A stretch of 64,000 nucleotides of DNA from Fibrobacterales bacterium. Lineage in GTDB: Bacteria > Fibrobacterota > Fibrobacteria > Fibrobacterales > JAOPTW01. The notes under the pieces were generated by a model, which made no database searches, was not told where the DNA came from, and saw nothing but the letters and a program-made list of their open reading frames with translations. Location of the stretch: the NCBI GenBank assembly GCA_051532035.1, contig JAOPTW010000037.1, positions 15,053 through 79,052 of the forward strand. The letters run 5' to 3'. This document shows positions 38,153 to 48,378 of the stretch, in pieces. Each line of letters starts with the position of its first letter. Within the stretch, counting starts at the first letter, position 1. The position numbers were made by a program, and so were the translations under genes.

Positions 38153-38705
38153 GGCAATAGCGATAGGCTGTTCAAAAGGTGGATTATCTATTCTACCTCA
38201 AATTCTGATGCCGTTACCCGCTGATTTTTCTATTCCGATTATAATAATTCAACATTTAAAAGAAGGGGGCGGAGAATATCTGCCTAAATATCTTGATGAT
38301 AAATGCGCATTGAAAGTGCGGGAAGCACAGGAACTCGCACCACTTAAGAAGGGATATATTTATACTGCTCCCTCAGGGTATCATCTCTATATTGACAGTG
38401 AAAAAACCTTCTCCCTGAGCGTCGATGCTAAAGTGAATTATTCCCGTCCGTCAATTGATGTTTTTTTTGAGTCGGCTGCCAATGTTTTTACTTCAAGTTT
38501 GATAGGGGTACTACTCACCGGTGCAAATTGTGATGGTGCAAAAGGCATGGTGATGATAAAGAACAATGGGGGGCTCACTATAGCGCAGTCACTCGAAACC
38601 GCTGAGGCTCCGGCAATGCCGGGGAGTGCAATTGCTGAAGGTGTAGTAGATCATGTGCTGACCCCCGAAGATATTACGAACTTTATTTTGAAATTAACCA
38701 GATAA
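38121..38705 (+). CDS. cheB: Stand-alone CheB methylesterase (no receiver domain)
   Basis: GCSKGG (Ser), IIQH (His), RPSIDVFFESAA, LLTGANCDGA (Asp). Confidence 0.9.
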   Translation: MMTVLEATQYKAIAIGCSKGGLSILPQILMPLPADFSIPIIIIQHLKEGGGEYLPKYLDDKCALKVREAQELAPLKKGYIYTAPSGYHLYIDSEKTFSLSVDAKVNYSRPSIDVFFESAANVFTSSLIGVLLTGANCDGAKGMVMIKNNGGLTIAQSLETAEAPAMPGSAIAEGVVDHVLTPEDITNFILKLTR

Positions 38706-38709
38706 ACAA

Positions 38710-41700
38710 ATGAGAAATGAGATGAAATTCCAGAATTTACCATTCAGAATAAAAATTTTACTCAGTATCTGTGTGCCACTCGTATTGGCAACAGCTATTG
38801 GCGTTATTAGCATTCTTAATTTGAGGGCACTTAATGAGACTGATAAATGGGTCGACCATACATACAATGTTATTATCGATGCAGAAGTATTGTTAAAATC
38901 AGCGGTGGACATGGAGACCGGCGAGCGGGGTTATCTGCTTTCCGGTAAAGAAGAATTTCTTGAGCCATATACTTCAGGTGCCCAGCGAATATATGAACAG
39001 TTTATAACTCTGAAATTAGAGGTGAGCGATAACCCTAAACAGGTTATGCGACTTGATAACGCAGAGACAATTATCAGGGAGTGGCAGAAAAATGTGGCAG
39101 GTCATTTAATAGCGCTTCGACATGAAATTAAGAAACTTGAAAAAGCTGACATGAGTCTCTATACTGAAAAACAGAAAGAAATAGCAAGCATTGTCGGTCA
39201 GGCAAAGGGTAAAGAGTACTTTGACCGCTTCAGGGAAGTCATGGAGGCTTTTACTTCTGAAGAACAGGGGTTGCTAATGATTCGTCAAGGTAAAGACAGT
39301 AATAAAATTAAAACAATAGAGCGGTTAATAGTTGGATGTATTATCATAGCTATACTCGTCGGACTCTTTTTTGCCTTTTTTGTTACGCGGGGAGTTCAGA
39401 AGCTTGTAGGTGGGGAGCCGGCCAAGATTGCCGAAATTGCCCAAAATGTGGCACGCGGTAACCTTGATGTCTCAATTGATGAAAAAGAGCCAGTCGGAAT
39501 ACTTGGTGCACTGGTAGAAATGATAAGTGTGCTCAATGGAATTGTATCTGAAGTGAATAATGTTGCATTTGAAGTAGAAGAAGGTAAACTGGACACCCGG
39601 GGGGATGAATCGACTTATCAAGGAGGTTGGAAAAATATGGTGCTCGGAGTTAATAATGTAATCGAAACTATTACAGGGCATATTGATCAAATTCCAAACC
39701 CGTTCATGCTTATTGATAAAGAATTCAATATTCTGTATATGAACAAAATTGGCAATGAATGGACTGGTCGTTCAAAGGAACAGGCTGTGGGGCAAAAATG
39801 CTATGATCTATTTCGAACCCCTGACGGTGGAACAACCAATTGCGTATTCGCCAGGGCTATGAACAGTGGTAATCTGGAAAGTGGCATGACCGACGCTCAC
39901 CCCGGTAACATGCATTTGAAGGTTGATTATAATGGTGTGCCTCTCAAAAATAAATCAGGGGAATGCGTCGGTGCACTTGAAATCTTTGTGGATCAGACCA
40001 GCCAAAGGGATGAAGACTGGTTAAAATCAGGATTGAATGAGCTTAATAACAAAATGAGTAATGAACAGAATCCTATTGCATTAAGCCAGAATGCCTTGAA
40101 TTTTCTTGCCGATTACCTGCACGCCCAGGTCGGTGCATGCTACCTAACGGATAAAAAAGATGATTTCAGGCTGGCAAGTAGTTACGCCTATAAAATGCGT
40201 AGCAATAATTATACTGTTTTCAAGTTGGGAGAAAGTATGATTGGCCAGGCGGCTTTGGAGAAAAAAACTATTCTTTTTTCCGATGTACCTAAAGAACACA
40301 TCCCGTTTGATATCAATTCTGGTGTCGGTGATTCCACCCCTAACAATATTATTGTTTTTCCCGTAATACATGAACAGAAAGTACTTGGAGTTATGGTGCT
40401 GGGAACGGCGTCCCAGTTCAACAACAAAGAGATGGAATTTGTTGAACGTGCCGCTGGAAGTATTTCCATAAACCTCAGTTCAGCACAAGCACAAGTACAA
40501 ACGCAGTCGCTTCTTGAACAAACACAGACTCAACAAGAAGAACTCAGAGTTTCTAATGAAGAGTTGGAACAACAGGCAGAAGAGTTAAAATCATCTGAAG
40601 AGCAGTTACAGGTTCAGCAAGAAGAGTTGCGTGTTACTAACGAGGAGTTGACCGAAAAATCGGAGCTTCTGAGTAAACAGAAAGATGACGTTGAAAAAAG
40701 TAATGCAGAGATTAGGAGTTCTCGTGAAGAATTAAAAAATAAGGCCAGAGATTTAGAATTAAGTACAAAGTATAAATCAGAATTTTTGGCAAATATGTCT
40801 CATGAATTGCGAACACCACTCAATAGCATGTTGTTACTTTCGAATAAGTTGGCTAAAAATTCGGATGAAAATTTAACAGAAAAACAGGTAAAAGATGCTG
40901 AGATTGTCTATAAAAGTGGAAAAGATCTTTTAGAGCTTATTAATGATATTCTTGACTTATCAAAGGTTGAGTCTGGGAATATGAATATTAATGTAGAGGA
41001 TGTTGCTATTGCTGATATAGTGTCTAATATGCAGAATATTTTTTCGACTATCATGGAAGAGAAAGGCTTGACCTTTAACCTTAATGTAGATAAGCAACTA
41101 CCACCATCATTATGTACCGATCAGCAGAGAGTCGAACAGGTTTTAAAAAATCTAATATCAAATGCACTAAAATTTACGCAGACTGGAACAATTGGTATTG
41201 AATTTTTTAGGCCAGATAGTTCTGTGGTTCTAAGCTCGAATAGCTCTCCCATTGAAAATATGGTGGGAATTTCTGTAAGTGATACCGGCACTGGTATTCC
41301 TAAAGAGAAACAGCGTGAGATTTTTGAGGCCTTTAGGCAGGCTGATGGCACTATTGTTAGAAAATATGGGGGTACAGGACTTGGGCTATCAATCTGCAAA
41401 GAGATGGCTCGTGTATTGGAGGGAGAAATACAGCTTCAGAGTACGGTTGATGAAGGATCAGTTTTCACACTCTTTCTACCGGAAAAATGTATTGATAAGC
41501 TAGCTATGAATACAGAATTGGTAACTGAAGCTATTGGTAACAGGATTGAGAGTCCATCAGAAGTCAAAGGATTTATTTCAGGTATCAAAGATGATCGCTT
41601 AGAGCTCAGCTCCACAGATAAAGCAATTCTCATTATTGAGGATGATGTGAGGTTTGCTCAAATAGTCTACGATATTTGTAAAGAAAAAGGAATGAAATGC

Positions 41701-42786
41701 ATACATACTACGAGTGGTGAAGAAGGTTTGCAATTGGTTCAGGAGTATCAGGTGAGTGCGATGTTACTTGATATCAAGTTACCGGGTATCGATGGCTGGG
41801 AGGTGTTAAAACGTCTTAAATATAGCTCTCATGCAAAACATATTCCTGTACATATCATGTCGGTAAATGATAAGCCAGGTGATTATTTCAATAAGGGTGT
41901 AATAGGGTATTTACAGAAACCCGCATCTTCTGAAGCATTGGAAAAAGCACTTTCACAACTCTCAAATGTAGCCACTGATACTCCTAAAAAATTGTTGGTT
42001 TGTGAAGATCAAAGTGAAGTAGCAGAACAATTAATTGAAACGTTTAGTGGATTGGATGTTGAAATTGATATTGCTAAAAATGGTATGGAAGGGTTACAAA
42101 AAATTCAAGCAAATAGTTATGATAGTATAATTCTTGATTTAATGCTCCCTGATATTACTGGACTTGAACTTTTAAAAAAACTGGATACCATAGAGGGATT
42201 TCATCTCCCACCGGTAATTATTCATACCGCAAAAAGTCTAACCGCACAGGAGTCATTTGAGCTCAGTAAATACGCCAGCTCAATGATAACTAAAGAGGGG
42301 GAGTCGCAGGATCGGCTCGTTGATGAAGTCTCACTCTTTCTTCATGCGATTAATAGTACCTCCGAATCTCATGGCACTGTTCCCTATGTCATTGTAGATG
42401 ATAAAAAAGTATTTGAAGGGAAAAAAATAATGATTGTGGATGATGATGCGAGAAACATATACTCGGTTATATCTGTACTCGAAGAGTATAAAATGAATTT
42501 TGTTAAAGCACAAAATGGTAAGATGGCATTGAAAGAGTTAGAGAATCACCCTGATATTGATGTTGTTTTAATGGATATTATGATGCCCGAAATGGATGGC
42601 TATGAAGCGACAAGAAAAATACGTGAAATGCCCAATTATAAAACATTACCCATTATCGCATTGACTGCAAAGGGGATGAAAAAAGATCGTCAATTATGCC
42701 TTGAGGCTGGAGTGACAGACTACCTAATGAAACCCATAGATGCTGATAAATTGTTGTCAACAATGAGAGTGTGTTTGCATTCATAA
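38710..42786 (+). CDS. Hybrid sensor kinase: CHASE3-HAMP-PAS-GAF-coiled coil-HisKA-HATPase-3xREC
   Basis: WVDHT...DMETGERGYLL (CHASE3); FLANMSHELRTPLN; YGGTGLGL; three receivers (LLDIKLP, ILDLMLP, LMDIMMP). Confidence 0.92.
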   Translation: MRNEMKFQNLPFRIKILLSICVPLVLATAIGVISILNLRALNETDKWVDHTYNVIIDAEVLLKSAVDMETGERGYLLSGKEEFLEPYTSGAQRIYEQFITLKLEVSDNPKQVMRLDNAETIIREWQKNVAGHLIALRHEIKKLEKADMSLYTEKQKEIASIVGQAKGKEYFDRFREVMEAFTSEEQGLLMIRQGKDSNKIKTIERLIVGCIIIAILVGLFFAFFVTRGVQKLVGGEPAKIAEIAQNVARGNLDVSIDEKEPVGILGALVEMISVLNGIVSEVNNVAFEVEEGKLDTRGDESTYQGGWKNMVLGVNNVIETITGHIDQIPNPFMLIDKEFNILYMNKIGNEWTGRSKEQAVGQKCYDLFRTPDGGTTNCVFARAMNSGNLESGMTDAHPGNMHLKVDYNGVPLKNKSGECVGALEIFVDQTSQRDEDWLKSGLNELNNKMSNEQNPIALSQNALNFLADYLHAQVGACYLTDKKDDFRLASSYAYKMRSNNYTVFKLGESMIGQAALEKKTILFSDVPKEHIPFDINSGVGDSTPNNIIVFPVIHEQKVLGVMVLGTASQFNNKEMEFVERAAGSISINLSSAQAQVQTQSLLEQTQTQQEELRVSNEELEQQAEELKSSEEQLQVQQEELRVTNEELTEKSELLSKQKDDVEKSNAEIRSSREELKNKARDLELSTKYKSEFLANMSHELRTPLNSMLLLSNKLAKNSDENLTEKQVKDAEIVYKSGKDLLELINDILDLSKVESGNMNINVEDVAIADIVSNMQNIFSTIMEEKGLTFNLNVDKQLPPSLCTDQQRVEQVLKNLISNALKFTQTGTIGIEFFRPDSSVVLSSNSSPIENMVGISVSDTGTGIPKEKQREIFEAFRQADGTIVRKYGGTGLGLSICKEMARVLEGEIQLQSTVDEGSVFTLFLPEKCIDKLAMNTELVTEAIGNRIESPSEVKGFISGIKDDRLELSSTDKAILIIEDDVRFAQIVYDICKEKGMKCIHTTSGEEGLQLVQEYQVSAMLLDIKLPGIDGWEVLKRLKYSSHAKHIPVHIMSVNDKPGDYFNKGVIGYLQKPASSEALEKALSQLSNVATDTPKKLLVCEDQSEVAEQLIETFSGLDVEIDIAKNGMEGLQKIQANSYDSIILDLMLPDITGLELLKKLDTIEGFHLPPVIIHTAKSLTAQESFELSKYASSMITKEGESQDRLVDEVSLFLHAINSTSESHGTVPYVIVDDKKVFEGKKIMIVDDDARNIYSVISVLEEYKMNFVKAQNGKMALKELENHPDIDVVLMDIMMPEMDGYEATRKIREMPNYKTLPIIALTAKGMKKDRQLCLEAGVTDYLMKPIDADKLLSTMRVCLHS

Positions 42787-42800
42787 TGGAAGGGGGAATA

Positions 42801-45254
42801 ATGAGCTATCCAAAAGTGTTAATTGTTGATGATAAATCTGAAAATTTAATAGTGCTTGAAAGAGTATTGGAAGATTTGGATGTTGAATTGATTAAAGCAA
42901 CCTCCGGAAATGAGTCGATTTTTAAAGCGCTGGAACTTGATTTTGCCATTATTATCATGGATGTACAAATGCCCAATATGGATGGTTTTGAAGCTGCAGA
43001 GCTGATTCGGAAAGAGGAGAAAAATAGAAATATTCCAATCATTTTTCTTTCCGCTGTATTTCATGATGACTATTATAAAATAAAGGGTGTAGTGGCTGGT
43101 GGCATAGATTTTCTTTCCAAACCTATTATTGAGGAGTTGTTACTGGGTAAGGTTAAAATGTTTCTTAGACTCTATGAAAACCAGAGGGCTATTCAGGAGT
43201 ACGCCAAAAAAGTAGAGCAAATGAGTGCATACAAATCTGAATTTCTTGCAAATATGAGTCATGAGATTAGGACACCAATGAATGCCATTATAGGATTAAG
43301 TCAACTGGCGTTGCAGACAGAGATGACCCCTAAGCAACATGATTATTTGGCAAAAATTGATATGTCCGCACATTCCTTACTCGGAATTATCAATGACATT
43401 CTCGATTTTTCAAAAATTGAAGCTGGAAAACTCGATATTGAAGTGGTGGACTTTAATATCGAAGAGGTCATAACAAATGTTTTTGATCAAGTTATGTTTA
43501 AAATAGAAGAGAAAAATCTTGAATTATTGTATCATGCTCCCGTTGATGTGAGCTTAAGCTTACGAGGGGATCCGTTACGGTTAGGACAAATATTGTTAAA
43601 CCTTATCAATAATGCAATTAAATTTACCGAGGAAGGTAAGGTTATTGTCTCAATAACAGTTATGGAAGTTACCGGTTCTAATGTTTCACTTGAGTTTTCG
43701 GTTAAAGATACGGGAATAGGGATGAATCCTGAACAACAAAAAAAGTTATTTGCTCCCTTTACCCAGGCTGACATTTCGAGCACTCGAAAGTATGGAGGGA
43801 CAGGGTTAGGATTATCTATATGTAAAAAGCTTGTTGAGATGATGGGGGGCACAATCTCTTTGAAATCGACTGAAGAAGTAGGGAGCACTTTTAGCTTTAC
43901 TATTGCCTTAGAAAAATCAGCAGCACAAGAATTAATGATACCAAGAAATGCTTCACAACTTAAAGAGAAGCACTTACTGCTTGTTGCTGAAGGTGTTGAG
44001 TCACTGAGTTTTTTATATGAAATGCTAAATTCTATGTTTGATCATATAGATACGAGTCTTTCTATAGGCGATGCCTTATTGAAGTTGGAGACTGTTTCAA
44101 TAATCAATGAATCATATGATCTTATAATAGTAGATTCTAATGTAGAGAAGAGTAGTGGGGGTGCCTTTATTCGGTCTCTTGAAGCAAATACAAAAATTGA
44201 TACAAAACCTCTGAGTATATTATTGACATCGAGTAGAGGCGACAAAGAAGTCCATGGTAATGATTGTAAAGGGGTTTCGGGCGTTGTAACAAAACCGGTA
44301 ACTCCATCGAATCTTTTTAATGTTATTATGGAAGTATTTCATCTTAAACATAAAATAGTGGTAAAACCCTCCATTAAAGGACCTATTGAAAATCGAGACT
44401 TAGAACCATATTTAGGGGCTCGAATTTTACTTGTTGAGGATAATGAAATAAACCAGCAAATAGCAAATGAGTTTTTAACGAATGCAGGTTTTAACGTAGA
44501 AATTGTCGATAGTGGTGATAAAGCAATTCGGACAGTACAGGAAAATGAATATCATCTGATACTTATGGATGTTCAGATGCCAGGAAAAGATGGGTATGAT
44601 ACTACCCGGGAGATACGTCAGTTGACCTCAGAAGCTAAGGATGTCGTTATTATAGCAATGACCGCCCATGCACTTAAAGGGGATGCTGAAAGAAGTATTG
44701 AGGCTGGAATGAATGATCATGTTACAAAGCCAATAGATACCGATGAACTTTTTAGAGTTTTAATTAAGTGGTTAGAAAAAATATTTGTTAAAACAACTAT
44801 TCAGAGGGAAGATAAAGGCAATGGTATCAGTTCTTATAAAAAGAAAATAATTCCTATGAAATTTAAAGGAATAGATGTAACGGCTGGCCTTAAAAATATT
44901 AATGGTAATCAAGTATTATTTAAAAAACTAATGAAAATGTTTAGGGACAAGCATGCTGACACAGCGAACGAAATAGTAAACGCTCTCAATAGTGAGAATA
45001 ATCAAGCTGTCATGGATATGGTTCATTCTATGATAGGTATAGCGGGGAACCTTGGGGCGACAGGACTTTTGAAAGTTGCCCAAGAATTTGATTCGTCTCT
45101 TAGGCAAGGTGAAACAAATCAGTATAGTGCTTTCGCGAAGGAATTTAAGAGAGAGTTTGAATTGGTATTAGGGGCCGCGTCATTGATTTGCGAGATGGAG
45201 GTCATTCCTGTTGAAGAGAACGGTGTTGAACCTGATCGCCGGGTGGGCAATTGA
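42801..45254 (+). CDS. Hybrid sensor kinase: REC-HisKA-HATPase-(degenerate REC)-REC-Hpt
   Basis: N-terminal receiver from ATG 42801 (AAGGGGG RBS); FLANMSHEIRTPMN; LLVEDNEINQ; Hpt-like VHSMIGIAGNLGA. Confidence 0.9.
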   Translation: MSYPKVLIVDDKSENLIVLERVLEDLDVELIKATSGNESIFKALELDFAIIIMDVQMPNMDGFEAAELIRKEEKNRNIPIIFLSAVFHDDYYKIKGVVAGGIDFLSKPIIEELLLGKVKMFLRLYENQRAIQEYAKKVEQMSAYKSEFLANMSHEIRTPMNAIIGLSQLALQTEMTPKQHDYLAKIDMSAHSLLGIINDILDFSKIEAGKLDIEVVDFNIEEVITNVFDQVMFKIEEKNLELLYHAPVDVSLSLRGDPLRLGQILLNLINNAIKFTEEGKVIVSITVMEVTGSNVSLEFSVKDTGIGMNPEQQKKLFAPFTQADISSTRKYGGTGLGLSICKKLVEMMGGTISLKSTEEVGSTFSFTIALEKSAAQELMIPRNASQLKEKHLLLVAEGVESLSFLYEMLNSMFDHIDTSLSIGDALLKLETVSIINESYDLIIVDSNVEKSSGGAFIRSLEANTKIDTKPLSILLTSSRGDKEVHGNDCKGVSGVVTKPVTPSNLFNVIMEVFHLKHKIVVKPSIKGPIENRDLEPYLGARILLVEDNEINQQIANEFLTNAGFNVEIVDSGDKAIRTVQENEYHLILMDVQMPGKDGYDTTREIRQLTSEAKDVVIIAMTAHALKGDAERSIEAGMNDHVTKPIDTDELFRVLIKWLEKIFVKTTIQREDKGNGISSYKKKIIPMKFKGIDVTAGLKNINGNQVLFKKLMKMFRDKHADTANEIVNALNSENNQAVMDMVHSMIGIAGNLGATGLLKVAQEFDSSLRQGETNQYSAFAKEFKREFELVLGAASLICEMEVIPVEENGVEPDRRVGN

Positions 45255-45447
45255 AAGGCGAACAGGAAGTGACATTAGTTATTGAATATCTTACCGATAT
45301 CAATGTAGGGGAGTATATCGATGAATGGAGAAAGCTCTCATAAGTGCAACCACCATTTTGACAGTAACCATACCAGGGGATTAAGGTGCTGTCTATTTAA
45401 TTAAGCCAATAAGATCTTTAATTTTGCCGAGAAGTCTAGAGTGTGAC

Positions 45448-46899
45448 CTATTCCTCCGATACATTTTGAATACACCGCACCGAAAGTGCGTAAGATTTAC
45501 TGATGCTTGTACCATAAAAAGAGGTGCCGCTGGTCAGTGTTCTTTTGTATGCATGGGTTGAGTCAGACTCTGATGTACTCCACCAGTTGCATTCAATACC
45601 CAGGTAGTCGTACTCTGAGTTATTGCGATACCCTCCGGGAATAGCAGAAAAATTAAAATCATTGGTGGCGGTATTCCAGATTGATGCGAGTTTTAGTCTG
45701 TTGGCAGTGTTCCTTGAATACTGGGAGTTGCTCACGACTGCGGTATCATTTTCGGAAGTAATAGTGGTTAGACTGAATTGAGGGGCGTTGTTTGCATATT
45801 CTTTGAGTATATTCCACTCGTCATGAGAGGGTAGGTGCCAGTTCTCTGGGCATAGTCCCTGGTAATCTTCAGATGGGTCGCCTATGGTTGAATCGCTAAA
45901 AACCAATGAATCAATTGCCATGGCGATTGCCCATGGATAGAGCCGGCCATACGTATTGCATTTTTCTGAATCATTATTATAGCAGGTTGAGGATTCTGTA
46001 TCATAGTTTAAATTCTCAGACATCCAAATTTGTGTTCCTATTCTGGCCCAGGTATATTCAATGTTGTCGCGTGAGTCGGTAACGGTACCAATGATATCTG
46101 CTTGTTCTAGCTCTTTGTCTGAAACTGATGCGTCTTTAAATAGTTTATACGGTACTCCTGCGGTATGGAGTTCTTCAATATCCACTCCGGCCTCAATAAG
46201 GTCAGTTACTCCTGCGCCACCATACAGCAGATCCCTCACAGAGATCCCCGCAGATAACAGGTAGTCAGCATCGATCCCGACATTCAGAAGGTTGGTTACT
46301 ATAGGTGACGTGTTAGTGTCGGTGTTCATAATCTTCCAGTGCTCGGATTGTTTTTTATAGTACATCTGCTCGGTGATGTCTAAATAGGTATCCCCGTATT
46401 CTCCCATATAATCCGTCGGTGGTGCGATACCCGACAGAAATGTAGTACCGTCTTCACCTAGGTTGCCATCCTCTCCATTTTTACCATCCTCTCCATCCTC
46501 ACCGTTGTCTCCATTCTTACCATTTTTTCCGTTCTTTCCATCTTCACCGTTGTCACCATCGATACCATTTTCTCCATCACTGCCACTTTTTCCATTGTTT
46601 CCGTCGGTGATTGTGATGTAAGTCCCATCGTCGCAGGATACAATTTTTATATCAGCATCATCTTCGTCTTCTGTGACAGAACATGAACTTCCATCATCTC
46701 CGGTTTTGCCTCTAGTTCCATTGTCGCCATTAGTGAGTGTATCTGCTACGATACCCCCGCACGAAATTTCAATTCCTTCTGAAATTGATTGTGCAATACA
46801 TGACGTTCCGTCCTTGGATTCACTTGAATCATCAAGTAAGCATGATGTGAGAGTGACACACAGTACTGATATGAGAGATAATTTTATTTTGTTAAACAC
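45448..46899 (-). CDS. Lipoprotein with collagen-like repeat and C-terminal Fibrobacter major paralogous (FISUMP) domain
   Basis: Lipobox LTS-C; DSRD..Y..IG.QIWMSENLNY, YGRLY.W, CP..WHLPS..EW, SVRC; AGGAG RBS before GTG. Confidence 0.88.
   Translation of the reverse strand: MFNKIKLSLISVLCVTLTSCLLDDSSESKDGTSCIAQSISEGIEISCGGIVADTLTNGDNGTRGKTGDDGSSCSVTEDEDDADIKIVSCDDGTYITITDGNNGKSGSDGENGIDGDNGEDGKNGKNGKNGDNGEDGEDGKNGEDGNLGEDGTTFLSGIAPPTDYMGEYGDTYLDITEQMYYKKQSEHWKIMNTDTNTSPIVTNLLNVGIDADYLLSAGISVRDLLYGGAGVTDLIEAGVDIEELHTAGVPYKLFKDASVSDKELEQADIIGTVTDSRDNIEYTWARIGTQIWMSENLNYDTESSTCYNNDSEKCNTYGRLYPWAIAMAIDSLVFSDSTIGDPSEDYQGLCPENWHLPSHDEWNILKEYANNAPQFSLTTITSENDTAVVSNSQYSRNTANRLKLASIWNTATNDFNFSAIPGGYRNNSEYDYLGIECNWWSTSESDSTHAYKRTLTSGTSFYGTSISKSYALSVRCIQNVSEE
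46447..46602 (-). repeat. Collagen-like Gly-X-Y coding repeat (about 17 triplets)
   Basis: GNNGKSGSDGENGIDGDNGEDGKNGKNGKNGDNGEDGEDGKNGEDGNLGEDG. Confidence 0.9.
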
Positions 46900-47192
46900 C
46901 TTTAGCTCCTGTTTGTAGGGAGAATAATTGATAGCTTAACATATTTAATGTACAAAAACCATAAGGTTTGAGATGCTCGGTTACTTTTATTGTTTTGAGT
47001 ATTTAGGTAATTGATTTTGTAATCACTGCTTATTACAGCGGTATGATCCCCTCAATGGGGCAGGGGTATGTGAAATTGGTAAGCTTGGAGGGTTTTTATA
47101 TAGTAAGCAATGGTGGGCTCAGCTTCACCATATTCATTTGGATCCTAGTCGTTTTGAATATACCGTAATGGATGCTGTTTTATTCTAAAACA

Positions 47193-47224
47193 TAAAGCCC
47201 TCTACAAAACAGTGGAAGGCTTTA
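47193..47224 (-). terminator. Possible terminator after sixA and the pseudogene
   Basis: Minus strand TAAAGCCTTCCAC...GTAGAGGGCTTTA followed by TGTTTT; imperfect stem. Confidence 0.4.
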
Positions 47225-47262
47225 AGGTACTCCTATTGAGTTGCCTTCTGTTTATGAATCAT

Positions 47263-47569
47263 TTACAGCTTAAGCCAGTATTTCTTTATATTTAATGGGG
47301 TTTCTTCTGATAGTAAAGGATTGTCAACAGTAAAGATGAGCCTGTTTGCGCAATAAAGCTCGTCCTCTTGACATTGGCTCCTTCGCATACGTAATGTGGT
47401 AATTTCCATGGGTTTTAACCGTAGCATCAAGAGCTTCTTTTAAGATTCTATGAGAGTAAACATGTCTTTTGTCATCTTTAGAAATCCCTGGAGCGAGTTT
47501 AATAACTGTTTGAGCGAGTAACGCCTGCGCCAATAATAGTATCGAAAAGAGTAGCGATTTTTTTTCCAT
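47263..47569 (-). pseudogene. Internally deleted, frameshifted periplasmic substrate-binding-like gene
   Basis: Signal peptide plus D.R..Y...L..AL..T...G.Y...M...RA stops after about 80 aa; a second frame continues NRLIFTVDNPLLSEETPLNIKKYWLKL*, which looks like the family C-terminus. Confidence 0.65.
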
Positions 47570-47611
47570 GAGATCTCCCATTCTAAAATATCGATCTGTA
47601 TTCCACAATTA

Positions 47612-48073
47612 TTAATTTGATATAATAGGGAATAGTGTCCACTTAATATACCAGTGTGAATCTGAGGTATCCCGATCAAGACACACTACGCCACTATTTT
47701 GAAATTTCAGTATTTCTACTTCAGAGGTTCCACATATAAGATAGGCACAGAGGTGGTGTAGATAGGGGAGGTGTCCGACTATCATGGTGTTGTTATTGTG
47801 CAAGGAATCTCCCAAAGCAGATACCTCATGATTGGGTGATAGAGTGTCCAGCTCTGTGAGGCCGCCTAATGGATGGAGGGCTTCGGCAAAAATTTTTGCG
47901 GTATCAATAGCTCTTTTTTTGTCACTATGTATAATATGAGTAACATCAACTTCACGGATTTGTAGTTGTTCCGCTGTAGTATGGGTAATTTTCTTCCCTT
48001 CTTCTGTTAATCCTCTGGTAGAGTCAACCTCTTTTGGATGGGCCTGTCCGTGTTGTACGAGAAAAAGTGCCAT
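47612..48073 (-). CDS. sixA: Phosphohistidine phosphatase SixA
   Basis: LFLVQHGQA, R.LT.EG, HS.K.RA..TA, IVGHLPYL; AGGGAG RBS. Confidence 0.88.
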   Translation of the reverse strand: MALFLVQHGQAHPKEVDSTRGLTEEGKKITHTTAEQLQIREVDVTHIIHSDKKRAIDTAKIFAEALHPLGGLTELDTLSPNHEVSALGDSLHNNNTMIVGHLPYLHHLCAYLICGTSEVEILKFQNSGVVCLDRDTSDSHWYIKWTLFPIISN

Positions 48074-48378
48074 GGTAATATCTCCCTGATGTTTTGTGAT
48101 ATAGTATCATACTTTATATAGTGTGTAAATGAAAATCCTTTCATGACTTGGAAAGGGCAGTGTCGCCAGTTTTTAAAAATGTTTCGTAAAAAAAGGTCTT
48201 TTTAGAATCACGGTTTTTTCACTATGGAAAATTCCGGTTCCTGCACTCGTAACCTATATCTCACCTTCAGAAATAACATGGGTATTAGCCATATTTATCA
48301 GTAATTGTTGTCTAAAACAGCATTTTATTAGCTAAAATGTGGTACTATGTATAGAAACCAATTCAATCTTAGGGATAT

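Noticed and set aside
45240-45343. Possible frameshifted tail of the Hpt kinase (alternate frame ending ...YIDEWRKLS*)
   Set aside because: Too short to support, and the Hpt domain is already complete before the stop.
47612-48073. SixA has QHG instead of RHG
   Set aside because: The catalytic His and other motifs are retained, and I recall QHG as a natural SixA variant, so it is not treated as novel.
48130-48300. Possible cobalamin or other riboswitch upstream of the TonB receptor
   Set aside because: No conserved B12-box or other aptamer core could be identified by eye; an Infernal/Rfam scan would settle it.
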